Notes: generated by a model from the sequence alone, not told the origin. 64,000 nt of DNA from an uncultured Phycisphaerales bacterium (GCA_963755915.1 CAVWLP010000002.1:2848001-2912000); one strand, 5' to 3'. Positions 9,543 through 23,848 are shown, numbered from the stretch's first letter. Numbers and translations are program-made.

Positions 9543-10967
9543 ATGAAGCTCGTTAAGATCATCGTCTTTGCTTTGCTCGGGGCGACAGGGTTGGGATTTC
9601 TATTGTTTGGGTCGCGTCCGAATTTTTCCGACGCGCCGCCGGGGTATACCGTTGTCGAATACTGGGAGAAATGGAACGGGCCGGAATTCCTGGGGATGAA
9701 GCAGATCGTCGATGACTTCAACAATTCGGTGGGGAAGGAAAAGAAGATTTATGTGCGCTACATGTCGATGAGCGAGATCGACCGCAAGACGCTGATGTCG
9801 ATCGCGGCAGGTGTGCCGCCGGATATCGCGGGGATCTGGGACCAGCAGGTGGCGCAATACGCGGCGATCGGCGCGGCGCAGCCGCTGGATGAATTGGCGA
9901 AAGAGCATGGGATTACCGAGGATTATTATCTACCGGTTTTCTGGAAGGGGTGTTCGTATAAGGGGCATCTGTATGCGCTGGTGAGCACGCCGGGGACGGT
10001 GGCGCTGATTTATAACAAGCAGATTTATCAGCAGTGCGCCGACAAGCTGCGGGCGGCGGGGCTGGATCCGAATCGCGCGCCGCGGACGATCCCGGAGTTT
10101 GATAAATACGCCCAGTGTCTGGACGAGCGGGATGCGGACGGGAATATCACACGGGCGGGATTTATTCCGCTTCAGAGCTGGTATATCCCGCACCTGGGGT
10201 ATTGGTTTGGGGCGGATATTGTCGACCCACAGACGGGTCGGCCAGAGCTGGATTCACCGCAGATGCTGGCGGCGTTTGCGTGGGTGCAGGGTTATGCGAA
10301 GCGGCTGGGGGAAAGGTCGCTCAACGATTTCAAGAACAGCCTGGGGAATTTCGATTCGCCGCAAAATCCATTTCTGGTGGGGAAGGAAGTGATGGATCAG
10401 CAGGGGCCCTGGATGGCGAATTATATCCGCAACAATAAGCCGCAGCTTTCGGAGGTTTTGGTTCCGCTGGATCGGCAATTTGAATTGAAGGATCGGCGGG
10501 CCAACTGCGCCTGGGCTTTTGCGCCGTTTCCGTCGGCCGTGCCGGGGCAGGAGATGGTAAGCTACAACAGCTTTGATGGGCTGATGATTCCGACCGGCGC
10601 ACGGCATCCGAAGGAGGCGTTTGAATTCATCGCCTATGTGAATCGCGAGGACGTGGCGGAAAAGCTGAACACGCTGCACTGCAAAAACTGCCAGCTTCGG
10701 CATGTGAGCGAATATTTTCTGACGCATCATCCGAATCCGTATATCGCGGTGTTTCAGCAGTTGGCTGCGAGTCCGAATGCACGGCCGGTTCCACCCAGCC
10801 CGATCTGGGCGGAGATTTATCAGGAGCTGATCGACGTCTCGCAGGAGGTTTCGCTGGAGCCGGTTGCGTCAGATGAGGCCATGCATCACGCTCAACAGCG
10901 CATGATGGCGGAGTACAATCGCTTCACCGCGATCGAGAATGAGCGCGTGAAGCTGGGAATTGATTAA
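9543..10967 (+). CDS. Carbohydrate ABC transporter substrate-binding protein
   Basis: N-terminal TM/signal, AAGVPPDI, LIYNK, QGPW, AFEFIAY; followed by two CUT1 permeases. Confidence 0.9.
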   Translation: MKLVKIIVFALLGATGLGFLLFGSRPNFSDAPPGYTVVEYWEKWNGPEFLGMKQIVDDFNNSVGKEKKIYVRYMSMSEIDRKTLMSIAAGVPPDIAGIWDQQVAQYAAIGAAQPLDELAKEHGITEDYYLPVFWKGCSYKGHLYALVSTPGTVALIYNKQIYQQCADKLRAAGLDPNRAPRTIPEFDKYAQCLDERDADGNITRAGFIPLQSWYIPHLGYWFGADIVDPQTGRPELDSPQMLAAFAWVQGYAKRLGERSLNDFKNSLGNFDSPQNPFLVGKEVMDQQGPWMANYIRNNKPQLSEVLVPLDRQFELKDRRANCAWAFAPFPSAVPGQEMVSYNSFDGLMIPTGARHPKEAFEFIAYVNREDVAEKLNTLHCKNCQLRHVSEYFLTHHPNPYIAVFQQLAASPNARPVPPSPIWAEIYQELIDVSQEVSLEPVASDEAMHHAQQRMMAEYNRFTAIENERVKLGID

Positions 10968-11921
10968 ATGTCGATTGCAATCGGCGAAACATCTCGAGGG
11001 CACAGCGAAGTTGTTCGCGTTCCCCGGCAGCACCACGGAGGATCGCCCGAGCAGCGGCGGAACCTGATCAAGGGCTTGCTCTTTCTCTCGCCCTGGATCA
11101 TCGGCTTTGCCGCGTTCACGGCCGTGCCGATCGGGCTGTCGTTTTACTACAGCTTCTGCGATTTTGAGCTGACGGCGCCCGAACACGCGCCGCTTTGGAT
11201 CGGGCTGGACAATTATCGCCAGCTTATGCAGGACGCGATCTTCTGGAAATCGCTGAAGAACACGATGTATTACGCGGCGATGTCGCTTCCCGCGGCGATG
11301 CTGGTTTCGCTGGGGCTGGCGCTGATGCTCAACGCGCCGATCGCCGGGCAGAAATTTTACCGCGCGATTATCTTTCTGCCCTCGCTCGTGCCGGCGTTTG
11401 CGTCGGCGATGATCTGGCTGTGGATGTATAACCCCAGCATGGGGGTCTTCAACATGCTGCTGGCGAAAATGGGCCTTCCGCCGCCCGACTGGCTGGGAGA
11501 AAAATTGGCGATGCCTTCGCTGGCCGTGATGAGTGTCTGGGGCGTGGGGAATACCGTCATCATTTATCTGGCCGGTTTGCAGGATATTCCCAAGGAGCTG
11601 CACGAGGCCGCGGAAATCGACGGGGCGGGAGTTTTCCGCCGGCTCTTTTCCGTCACGCTGCCGATGTTAACGCCGGTGATTTTTTTCAATTTAGTCATGG
11701 CGATCATCGGAACGTTTTCGATCCTGGTCGTGCCGTACATCATGACCGCGGGCGGCCCGAACAAGGCGACCTATTTTTACACCATGTATAACTACGATGA
11801 GGCGTTCAAATATCTCAACATGGGCTACGCCAGCGCCCTGGCGTGGATCCAGTTGTCAATTACTCTGGCGCTGACGGGCATCGCCTTCTGGTCGGCCAAA
11901 AAATGGGTGCATTACGGATGA
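10968..11921 (+). CDS. Carbohydrate ABC transporter permease
   Basis: EAAEIDGA motif; MGYASALAW. Confidence 0.95.
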   Translation: MSIAIGETSRGHSEVVRVPRQHHGGSPEQRRNLIKGLLFLSPWIIGFAAFTAVPIGLSFYYSFCDFELTAPEHAPLWIGLDNYRQLMQDAIFWKSLKNTMYYAAMSLPAAMLVSLGLALMLNAPIAGQKFYRAIIFLPSLVPAFASAMIWLWMYNPSMGVFNMLLAKMGLPPPDWLGEKLAMPSLAVMSVWGVGNTVIIYLAGLQDIPKELHEAAEIDGAGVFRRLFSVTLPMLTPVIFFNLVMAIIGTFSILVVPYIMTAGGPNKATYFYTMYNYDEAFKYLNMGYASALAWIQLSITLALTGIAFWSAKKWVHYG

Positions 11922-12814
11922 AAGTGAGCGATGAAAATCGTCTTCGCAATCGCTGGGCGGCGGCCTCGCTGCATCTGGGGCTCATTCTTGTTTGCGTCGG
12001 CTATTTGCTGCCATTTATCTGGATGATCTCCACGAGCCTCAAGACCGGCGACCAGACGCAGGAAACTCCGCCGCGGTTCGAGCCGCATCCCTGGATGTGG
12101 CGAAATTACCACGACGTCTTTACGCATCCGACTTTCCACGCCTCACTTTACACCCGCAACACCCTGGTGATTGCCGTGCTCACAGTGCTGGGCACGACGC
12201 TTTCCAGCGCCGTCGTGGCCTACGGCTTCGCGCGAATTCCGTTCCGGGGCAGCGGCATTTTATTCGCGATAATGCTGGCGACGATCATGATTCCATTCCC
12301 GGTGGTGATGGTCTCGCTCTTCCGTGTCTTCCGGTGGATGGACGAGCAAACCGCCGCCTGGCTCGGGCCGGACAACCTGTTTCAGATGCTGGGCACATTC
12401 AAGCCGCTGTGGCTGCCGGCATGGTTTGGGTCGGCGTTCAATATTTTTCTGTTGCGGCAATTCTTCATGACGCTGCCGAAGGAACTATCCGAGGCGGCGC
12501 GCATCGACGGCTGCAACGAATTCGAAATCTTCTGGCGGATTGTTCTGCCTCTGGCCAAGCCGGCACTGGCGGTGGTGGCACTGTTCAGCTTTATGGGCGT
12601 GTGGAACGATTTTCTGGGTCCGCTCGTTTATATCCAGAGGCCCGAACAATACACGCTGGCACTGGGGCTTCAAGCGTTTCAGAGCCGGATCGGCGGCACG
12701 CCGTGGCAATTGCTGATGGCGGCTTCGACATTGGTTTGTCTTCCGACATTAATTCTGTTTTTCCTCGCCCAGCGCACGTTTATCCAGGGTATCGCGACGA
12801 CCGGGGGGAAATAA
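11918..12814 (+). CDS. Carbohydrate ABC transporter permease
   Basis: EAARIDG, WNDFLGP and FIQGI motifs; ATGA overlap with the preceding gene. Confidence 0.95.
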   Translation: MKVSDENRLRNRWAAASLHLGLILVCVGYLLPFIWMISTSLKTGDQTQETPPRFEPHPWMWRNYHDVFTHPTFHASLYTRNTLVIAVLTVLGTTLSSAVVAYGFARIPFRGSGILFAIMLATIMIPFPVVMVSLFRVFRWMDEQTAAWLGPDNLFQMLGTFKPLWLPAWFGSAFNIFLLRQFFMTLPKELSEAARIDGCNEFEIFWRIVLPLAKPALAVVALFSFMGVWNDFLGPLVYIQRPEQYTLALGLQAFQSRIGGTPWQLLMAASTLVCLPTLILFFLAQRTFIQGIATTGGK

Positions 12815-12819
12815 GAATA

Positions 12820-12912
12820 TCTCACGCAGAGGCGCAGAGGCGCGGAGGAATTAAGATTGGAAATCGGGCTTGATTTGAATTTGCTCTGCGAGCTCTGCGC
12901 CTCTGCGTGAGA
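12820..12912. repeat. Palindromic intergenic repeat TCTCACGCAGAGGCGCAGAG...CTCTGCGCCTCTGCGTGAGA
   Basis: 20-bp perfect inverted arms around an AT-rich spacer. Confidence 0.85.
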
Positions 12913-12918
12913 CCTTTT

Positions 12919-13768
12919 ATGTTTGGCTCCCATCTTTCCATAGCGGGTGGAATGCACAACGCGCTTCTGGCGGCGGAATCGCACGGCTGCGATACCGTCC
13001 AGGTTTTCACCAAAAATCAACAGCAGTGGAAGTGCAAGCCGCTGGATCCGAAGGCGATCGCGGATTGGAAGGAGCAGCTTCTAAGATTGAAATTCGAGCG
13101 CACGGTGAGCCACGACAGTTATCTGATCAACGTCGCCTCGCCGGACGATCGGCTCTGGAATGCGAGCGCGGAATTGCTGGCCGAGGAGATTTCGCGATGC
13201 GAGGCGCTGGAGATTCCATATCTGGTGATGCATCCGGGCGCATATGGGGTCGGGGGAGGAGGCGGGACTGAAGCGCGTGGCGAAGGGGATTGATGCGGCC
13301 TGCGCCGCGGCGGGGGGGCAAAATACGATCGTATGCCTCGAGGTCACCGCCGGTCAGGGGAGCTCGCTGGGATATCGCCTGGAGCACCTGGCGGAGATCA
13401 TCTCGGCGTCGAATGTCCCGGAGAAGCTGGGTGTCTGCCTGGACACGGCTCATCTGTTTGCCGCAGGGTACGATTTTCGCGGCGAGAAGTATGCGAAGTT
13501 TCGGCGGGAACTGGGACAGATCGTGGGGCTGAAGCGCGTGAAGGTGTGGCATTTGAACGATTCGAAAAAGGAGCTGGGAAGCCGGGTCGACCGGCACGAT
13601 CACATCGGCCGCGGCAAGATCGGCGTCGAGGGATTTATTCCGATTGTGCGCGACGATCTTTTTGCGAGCGTGCCGAAGATTCTGGAGACGCCGAAAGAGA
13701 AGGATCCGGAGTCGGGACGGCCGTGGGATGAGGTGAACCTCGAAGTCTTGCGGGGGATGATGCGGTGA
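12919..13768 (+). CDS. nfo: Endonuclease IV, frameshift near 13240
   Basis: GSHLSIAGG, HDSYLIN, HPG, CLEVTAGQG, CLDTAH, HLNDSK..DRHDHIG and ILETPK across two overlapping ORFs. Confidence 0.93.
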
Positions 13769-13777
13769 ATCGGATTT

Positions 13778-13899
13778 CCCCCTCTCCCGGTACTCCGGGA
13801 GAGGGCAGGGGTGAGGGCCTTAAAGAGCGGCAATTTTATTTTGATCGTTGGCAGCTTCCGTCCTCACCCTAACCCTCTCCCCGAGTACCGGGAGAGGGG
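13778..13899. repeat. Inverted pair of REP-like palindromes (BIME-like)
   Basis: CCCCTCTCCCGGTACTCCGGGAGAGGGCAGGGGTGAGGGCC and CCTCACCCTAACCCTCTCCCCGAGTACCGGGAGAGGGG. Confidence 0.85.
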
Positions 13900-13906
13900 A
13901 TAATAA

Positions 13907-15985
<2,079 letters not shown>

Positions 15986-16028
15986 GACGAAAAAGGAACC
16001 TGGGCTTGGGTGATTGCCGAAAAAAAAT

Positions 16029-16064
16029 ATAAACCGCCCGCGGGGAAAGCCGCAGGCGGTTTAT
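16029..16064. terminator. Probable bidirectional intrinsic terminator
   Basis: ATAAACCGCC...GGCGGTTTAT hairpin with A-run on the left, between convergent genes. Confidence 0.7.
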
Positions 16065-16108
16065 TGTGGTGAGCGGGGTTGTGAATCGCTCTTCGGCCAA
16101 CTTACCGG

Positions 16109-16663
16109 TTAATGGGAAACCGGCTCGTAGTTGAACTTCTGTCCACCGACGGCTGCGTCGGCCATCAGGCCGCCCTTCACATCGGTGAAGATGGCGATTC
16201 CATTTTCCCAGCGGGCGTTAGCGGCGGCGCCGTCTTTGGCGGCGACAGCGGAAGCGTCAGCGTCAAAGGTCAACTGACCTGCCTCAAACCGCTGCAGCGC
16301 ATCGCCGCTCTGGAAGACGATCAGCTCGGCAAAAGTTTGACCGCCGATGGATGCGCCGGCGGTGGCCTGGGTCATGTCGGCATAACCGATCAGGTTACCC
16401 CCTTGATAGACTTCGCCCTGGCCGTATGCACCGCCCACTCCGACGGCGCCTTTGCCGACCGAGGGGAAGATGGCATAGCCGTAGGAGTGACGCAGGACGT
16501 TATCCAGCGACGAGTCCTGGGCCTTGAGGTCATTCAACGCGGCGTCAGAATCGTTCTGAAGCTGCGAACGATCGGAGCCCGTCTGCGGCGCAGTCGAGCA
16601 TCCGGCAAGAAACATTGCAGCAGCACCAGCCGCCGCGAGACAAAACATTGGAATTCGGAACAT
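16109..16663 (-). CDS. SYLF/Ysc84-like lipid-binding lipoprotein
   Basis: LAGC lipobox; YAIFPSVGKG..GG.YG.G and C-terminal GGLM...VGGQKF. Confidence 0.85.
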   Translation of the reverse strand: MFRIPMFCLAAAGAAAMFLAGCSTAPQTGSDRSQLQNDSDAALNDLKAQDSSLDNVLRHSYGYAIFPSVGKGAVGVGGAYGQGEVYQGGNLIGYADMTQATAGASIGGQTFAELIVFQSGDALQRFEAGQLTFDADASAVAAKDGAAANARWENGIAIFTDVKGGLMADAAVGGQKFNYEPVSH

Positions 16664-16721
16664 GGGTAACCTCCCGTTGGTTAAATCGCTAAGCGTAAAG
16701 GCTGGACACGATCCAGCGCAC

Positions 16722-18176
16722 TCAACCGGGAGATAGCAAACTGTATGCGAGAGGCGGTGAAAGCACTATTTTCCGCCAGCGCTCAGGGCCATTCGGATCA
16801 AGCTGGCCCGTGATGCGCAAGAGATTTAGGTAAAAAATGGAGCGGCTTATTAGCTCGTTGCTGTAATTGAGCTGGGCCGTCAACAAAGTGTCCTGGGCCG
16901 TCAAAACGTCCAGGGGGATGGCAAGCTCGTTCTTAAGTAATTGCTGCGACTGGACCAGTGCATCGCTGGCGGCCTTCACCTGCGCCTGGAGGCTCGGTAG
17001 AAGTTGCTCGGAATTGATCAGATCGTCGTAGGCCACCTGTACATCGCGGTCAATCTGTCGGCTCAGCTCGGATTGATATAGAGCCGCTTGGCGGAGTTTT
17101 GACCAGGCATTGCGGACGTCCGCCTCAATGATGCCGGCGGAAAAGATGGGGAGGTTACCAATCAGGATCGCATCCCATTTGCTCGCGTCCGAGAAATATT
17201 CACGGTAGAGGAACCCGGCAACGTTGATCGACACGGATGGGTAATATTCCGCGATGGCCGCGTCGACGGAATACTTTGCCGCGCGAACAGCCGCCTCCGC
17301 GCCGAGAAGGTCCTGGCGATGGGTGGCGGCATAGGCGACGAAGTCCCGCGCCGTGGGGAGTTTGTCCGGAACGATGGCTTCATTGAGCAGCGGACCATCC
17401 ACTTCGGCGACGCCAATGACAAACGACAGCATGTGCCGCCCGTCGCGGACGTCGTTTTGCGCCTGGATCAGCGAAGATTCCGTGGCCGCAACCTGAGCCT
17501 CGGTCTGGGAAACTTCCAGCGCCAGGGCCAGATGGTTCTTAAACTGGCTTTCCACATCCACCAGGCGCGCCTGCTGAACCTTCAACGAATCTTCCAGCAC
17601 CCGCACCTGGGCTTCAGAAAGAAGGATCTGATAATACGTCTGCGCGACGCTGAGGAGGACGGTTTGCTGGGTGTCGAGAAGAAGCTGCCGCTGCTGGATG
17701 ATCGTCTGGCCGGCGCTTTGGATGTTGGGGTAGGAGACAAAGCTAAGGTTCATCGCGCCGGTGACGGGGGCTTCGAAGCGATCCCAGGTCTGGCCGTTGA
17801 TTTGGAACCCACCGGCGCTGGCCGCCACTTGCGGGGACACGTTGGCGCCGGCGGAAGTGAGACCGGACCCCGGCGCCTGCTCGATGGTGAAATCGGGCTG
17901 AAGGGCGACCGTCGGCAGAAACGCCGCGACGGCACGGCTTTTGGCCACCAGCGCCTGAATGTAGTTTTCGCCCTGGAGCCCGATCTGTTCATTATCCTGG
18001 TCGGCCAGCAAAAGAGCCTGCTCGACGGAGAGGGTCTGGCCGTCCTGGTAGGTCTTGGGGTGCGGGACGTTCGCGTCGACGACGTTGCGATAGGTCTGCA
18101 CCTCCGTGCGCTGATTCACACAGCCGCCAAGGGCGCACAAAAGCGACAGGATGACGGACAATCTGGACGCGCTCAC
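16722..18176 (-). CDS. TolC-family outer membrane efflux lipoprotein
   Basis: LGGC lipobox; two OEP repeats; last gene of the RND operon. Confidence 0.88.
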   Translation of the reverse strand: MSASRLSVILSLLCALGGCVNQRTEVQTYRNVVDANVPHPKTYQDGQTLSVEQALLLADQDNEQIGLQGENYIQALVAKSRAVAAFLPTVALQPDFTIEQAPGSGLTSAGANVSPQVAASAGGFQINGQTWDRFEAPVTGAMNLSFVSYPNIQSAGQTIIQQRQLLLDTQQTVLLSVAQTYYQILLSEAQVRVLEDSLKVQQARLVDVESQFKNHLALALEVSQTEAQVAATESSLIQAQNDVRDGRHMLSFVIGVAEVDGPLLNEAIVPDKLPTARDFVAYAATHRQDLLGAEAAVRAAKYSVDAAIAEYYPSVSINVAGFLYREYFSDASKWDAILIGNLPIFSAGIIEADVRNAWSKLRQAALYQSELSRQIDRDVQVAYDDLINSEQLLPSLQAQVKAASDALVQSQQLLKNELAIPLDVLTAQDTLLTAQLNYSNELISRSIFYLNLLRITGQLDPNGPERWRKIVLSPPLAYSLLSPG

Positions 18177-19602
18177 CGTGCGGCGCCTCCGGATGGCGGA
18201 TCAACATCGGCCTGGGCCACGCGCGTTGTGGGCTGGTCACTCGCCGCCACGGCGGTGGGGGGAGGAATGGGCTGCGAAGCGATCTGCACCTGCCCGCCCT
18301 CAACTAGTTTCTCGCCGGGATTGGTGATGACCTGGTCGAGCGGCGCCAGCCCGCCCACGACTTCGATAATCTGCCCGAGATCGCGGCCGATGGCGACTTT
18401 TCGGAAGTGCATGTGGCTGTCTGAACCGACGATCCCCAGCAGCGTGCCATTGGATTCGAAAAGCATGGCGGCGGTCGGAACCGTCAGCGTCGGATGGTCG
18501 CGATGCACGTTGATGTGCACCTCGCCGTACATCCCCGACCAGAGCTGGTGGTGGGAGTTGTCGAAGTTCAATTGCGTGAGCAGCGTTCGGGTGCCGGGGT
18601 CCAGGGCGCCGGCAGTGCGGCGACATAGCCGGTAAATTGACGCGTTCCGTAATTCCGCTGCGAGAGGAAATAGACCGGCTGGTTCACCTGGATGAAGGTG
18701 ACGTAGGCCTGGGGCACGTTGACGAAAATGCGCAGGGTGTCGGTGTCGGCGATGTCGTATAGCTCGCTGCCGGGCGCGGTCGTGGTGGAGGAAATGCGGG
18801 CGCCAAGATCGTAATTGCGGGTGGTGATCGTTCCGGAGAAGGGGGCGACGATTCGCTTGAAGCTTTCCAGCGCGGCGAGGCGATCGACCGTCGCCTGCGA
18901 GCTTTTCACCGCGGCGTCGTCGGCGTCCCGCTCGGCCTGCGCCTGGCTGGCGTTGGTCTGACGCGTGTCGAGGTCCTGTTGCGTAACGCTGCCGGTGGCC
19001 AGCAGGCCATAATAACGCTTGTACGTGGCATTGGCCAAATCGAGATTATTCTGGGCGCTAACGAGATTGGCCCTTGACTGGAGGAGCGTCGCTTTTGCCT
19101 GGGCGTAGGCCGCATCCGTGTCGGGGGCGTCGATGAGCGCCAACAGTTCGCCCGTCTTCACGTGATCGCCGATATCGACGAACCACTTGCCGACGAATCC
19201 ATCCACACGCGCGTAAATCGCCGTCTGGGCATTGGGCCGCACGTCGGCGGGAAGGCTGAGCGTTTCTTCGACGGCCTGCGGCGTGGGATACGCAACATTG
19301 ACGATTGGCGGCGCATCCGCCTCCTGCTGCGCCTGCTCCTGAAGCTGGCGGGTGTGGGCCATGTCAGGAATGATTCGCGCGACAAATGCCACGACGGCGA
19401 TGATGACGACGACGGCAAAAATCGCTATCAGCTTTCCCTTGCTGATGGTGGCAAGCTTCACCGGCGCTTCGCCGTGCCCGGCGGGGGGCGGCTCGTGATC
19501 GCCGTTGCGGCGCTGGTCGGGCGAACGCGGGGATTCCGGCGGCCGATGAATCGGCTGGGTCTCCTGCGTTGTTGTCGTTTGATTTTCCTGCATTGGCATC
19601 AC
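18173..19602 (-). CDS. RND periplasmic adaptor (MFP), frameshift near 18620
   Basis: IYARVDG..VDIGDHVKTG, IVAPFSGTIT, then GMYGEV and VAIGRDLG in the second ORF. Confidence 0.9.
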
Positions 19603-22600
19603 CGTAATTCCTCCTCCACCTTGGTCTGCGGAGGCTTCTGACGAAGCAGACTGTAAACAACCGGTACAAAGAAAAGCGTGGCGAAGGTGGCGACGGATAG
19701 CCCACCAATAACGGCCCGGCCCAGGGGTGCGTTTTGCTCGCCCCCCTCGCCAAGGCCCAGGGACATGGGAAGCATGCCGATAATCATCGCCAGCGCGGTC
19801 ATGATGACCGGCCGCAGGCGGGTTATGCCGGCAGAGAGCGCCGCTTCATAGCAGTTGTGGCCGATCTTCCGTTGATCGTTCGCGAACGTGATGAGAAGAA
19901 TGCTGTTGGAGGTCGCGACGCCGATGCTCATGATCGCACCCATCAGGGATGGCACGTTGATCGTAGTGCCGGAAAGAAAGAGCATCCACAGGATTCCCGA
20001 AAGAGCGCCGGGCAGGGCCATTAGGATGATCATCGGGTCGAGCCAGGATTGGAAATTGATGACCATGAGCAGATAGACCAGCACGATGGCGAAAATCAGG
20101 CCGAAGCCCATGTCCTCGAATGAATCGTGCATGCTCTGGACCTGCCCGCGGATATTGATGCTGCTGCCGCGCGGCAGGGCCTTGCGCGCCGCGTCGACAA
20201 TGGCGTTGATTCCCTTCGCCAGAGAGCCAAGGTCGGTGTGGCGGGGATTGGCAAGCACGTCGTAGGTGTTGCGCACCTGGTAATGCGTAATATTCGCCGG
20301 TGAACGGCCGGGCACGATGTCGGCGATATTCCCAAGCAGTTGCGACCGCTGAACCAATTCGTTGCCTTCCTGGTATCCTTCCGGAACGACCGGCGAATTG
20401 CTCAGATCGGATATCGTGTCCATCTTGTACTGCGGGGTCTGAACCAGCACGTTGTACTGGATTCCGGTCTTGGGGTTGATCCAGAAATTCGGCGACAATC
20501 TGCGCGGTGCCGCTGAGGGAGACCAGCAGATCGTTGGCAACCTGCGATTGCGTCACGCCGACTTCGCTAGCCATCGTCCGGTCAACGTTGACGCGCACGT
20601 CGGGCTGGTCGGTAATTTGCGCCATCCGCACGTCCCCCGCCCCGGGCAGGGCGCGAATCTTGCGGAGCATGTCGCGGGCGATGCCCAGGTTGGTGGTCTG
20701 ATTCTGCGGCGGACCGTCGATCTGAACGTCAACCGGGGCGGAGATGCCGAAGTTCAGCACCTGCGTAACGATATCCGCCGGCAGGAAGTAAAACTGCGAC
20801 GCCGGAAATTTCTTCGGGAGGTCTTCGGTCAGGGCATCGATATATTTTTGCGTCGGCTCATGTCCCGGCGCAGGGAGATGAGGATTTCACCGTCCGCGGA
20901 AGAGTCGAGCGTTTCGTCGCTGAGCGAAAGGTTGATCGAGCTGTTGGGGATTCCCATGTTGTCGATGAGCGTTTCGATTTGGCTGGCGGGAATGTCCTTG
21001 CGGATTTGCCGCTCGACGTCGCCGAAAATCCGCTCCGTCTCTTCGATGCGCGTGCCCGGCGGATTCCGGACGTGCAGGCGCATCTCGCCTGCATCGACCG
21101 TTGGGAAAAAGTCAGTGCCTATGAACAGGATCAGCCCGCAGGAGAGGACCACCATGATGGCGAAGCCCACGATGGTGAGGTAAGCATGCTTCAGCGCCAG
21201 GTCCAGCATCCCGCCGTAGAAGCTGCGCAGTTTCTCGAATTGGACGTTAAACCCTTCGTGGAATCGCCAGATGAGATTGTTGGCGATCAGGTAGTGGCAA
21301 AGGGTCAGGGCCAGCAGCCCGGCGACGACGAAGGTAACGACGGTTTTCCAGTCGAAACTCTTCAGTTGACCCTTGGCGCCGGCAACGGCAGCGCCCCACG
21401 CATCCGGCAGAAACGCGACGACGAGGAGGATGATCGCGAGCAACAGAACCGCCAGCCCGATTCGCGTGAAAACCCACCACACGCTGGCCAGCATTGAAAC
21501 GTGTTTATGCTTGAGATGGGGATCAAGCTCGTGCGCCTTTTTGGGATCGGCATGTGGGTCGTCGGGGTCGAGCGTTCCGCCGTAGATTTCCACCTCGCTG
21601 GCCAGCAGATAGTGGACCATCGTCGGCACCAGCGTTCGGCTGAGGAGGTAGCTGGTCAGCATCGCAAACACGACCGCCATGGCCAGCGGGGTGAAAAGAT
21701 ATTTCGCGGCGCCGCTGATGAACAGGACGGGCACGAACACGATGCAAATGCAAAGTGTGGACACAAACGCCGGCACGGCAATCTGTGAAGCACCATCGAG
21801 GATCGCCTGTACCAGGCGTTTTTTCATGTCCAAGATTGCGGTGAATGTTTTCGATTTCGACCGTGGCGTCGTCGACCAGGATTCCCACCGCCAGCGCCAT
21901 GCCGCCGAGCGTCATCACGTTCAGCGTGTGGCCCAGCAGGCCCAGGATGATGATCGAGACCAGGATCGAGAGGGGAATCGAGACCACGACGATCAGCGTG
22001 CTGCGCCAGGAGCCCAGGAAGACCAGGATCATGAACGCGGTCAATCCCGCGGCGATGGCCGCTTCGCGCTCGACGCCTTCTACCGACGCCTTGACGAAAA
22101 TCGATTGATCGAAAAGGGGCACGACCTTGATCGACTTATCCATCTGCGCTTCGATCGAAGGCAGCACCGCCTTGAGGTGATTGACCACGTCGAGCGTCGA
22201 AGCGCCGCCGGCCTTCAGGACCACCATCAGCACGCCCTTTTTGCCGTCCTGGTGGACAATGCTCTGCTGGACCTGGAATCCGTCGCGAACAAAGGCCACG
22301 TCTTTCAGATAGACGGGAATGCCATTGACGGTCTTGATGGGCAGATTATTAAGCTCGTCGATAACCGTGGGGCTGGCATTCAGGATGATCGGTTCGTCAT
22401 GCGGGCCGAACTTGGCCGTACCGGCGGGGAGAATCAGGTTCTGGGCATTGACAGCCTGAACGACATCAGACGGGGAGATTCCCCAGGAATAAAGACGCTG
22501 GGGGTCGATATCGACCATCACCTGCTTCGCCTTACCGCCATAAGGCCAGGGCACCTGCACGCCGGCAACGGAGGCGAGATTAATGCGGACCGTCGTATTC

Positions 22601-23073
22601 GCCGCGTCGAATATGTCCTGCTCGGAAAGCCGGTCGCTGCTCATGCCGAGCTGAATGATCGGCACGTCCGAAGCGCTATACCGAAGGATCAGCGGCGGCT
22701 GGATCCCCGGTGGGAGCTGGCGCAGCGCGGTCTGCGAGATTGCCGTCACCTGCGCCACCGCTTCCTCGATGTTCACATTCGGATGGAAGAAAATCTTCAC
22801 GACGCAGATGCCCGTCAGCGACTGGCTCTCGGTGTGCTCGATGAAGTTGACGGTCGTGGGGAGAATGCGCTCGAACTGGTAAACGATGCGCTGCTCCATG
22901 TCCGTCGGGGTCATCCCGCTGTAGTTGAACGCCACGGCGATGACCGGAATATTGATGTTGGGAAATATGTCCGTTGGCATCCGAAGGATGGTCAGGATGC
23001 CCAGGAGCGCCACTAGCATGGCGGCCACGACGAATGTGTAAGGTCTGCGAAGGGCTAGACGTACAATCCACAT
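19599..23073 (-). CDS. RND efflux permease (AcrB/CusA-like) with several frameshifts
   Basis: MWIVRLALRRPYTF, GILVDDATVEIENI, RLRPVIMT and APLGRAVIGG across four ORF fragments. Confidence 0.92.
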
Positions 23074-23085
23074 ATAACTTCCGGG

Positions 23086-23617
23086 TCAGGACTTCTCTTC
23101 CTCGGTAGCTGTCGCGTCATCGGCCGCCTCGATGCGGTCGGCCCCGAAGACATTCCCCAGCCAGGTCATCGCTTCAAAGATTGTTTGCCGCTGTTCCTCA
23201 GATAGAACCGCAAGCTGCTTGTCGAGCTTGCGATGGGTCGCCTCGCGATTCCAGGTAGGCGCTGCGTCCCAGCCTTGTGAGCTGGAGGGAAACCTGGCGT
23301 CGATCCCGGGAGCACTCTTTTCGGGCGATCAGGTTCTTGGCCACCATGCCGTCGATCATTCGTGAGGCGGCCGGAAGCGACGAGCCGATGTGGTCGGCAA
23401 CCACCGAAAGAGAAACATCCGGCACCTTCGCCAGCAGGCCAAGGGCCCGGAACTGGGGAACGGAAAGCTCCGGCAGGCGATGCTCTCGCATCATTTTTCG
23501 GATCACCCGAACCACAGGCGGGACGACATTCAAAATCGCTCTGGCGCAATCTGCCGATGTCGGCTCCACGCCGGAACCGTTCCCCCGCTTGTTAATTTCG
23601 TCGGGCAATAATTGCAT
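23086..23617 (-). CDS. MarR-family regulator, frameshift near 23240
   Basis: LSVPQFRAL, wHTH and DRRQVSLQLT; continues in another frame to the stop at 23086. Confidence 0.88.
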
Positions 23618-23848
23618 GAGCTAACCATATACCGCATCGGACAACGGGTCAATTCGCTTAAAAAGAATGCGGTCAGCATCAAAAGAATCCCCCTATCGAG
23701 CGGCCGGTGAACCTATTTAAATGGCGAGTCTTATCTATCTTAACATCGGAACTGTCAATGAGTTGCGGATTCCATTCTGAAATCGTGAAGAATTGAAACA
23801 ATTTCCACAGTGTATCGTATATTAAATTGTAACGATCCTCCTTCCCTG

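Noticed and set aside
9543-12814. ABC operon missing its ATPase
   Set aside because: Common for carbohydrate ABC systems that share an ATPase encoded elsewhere
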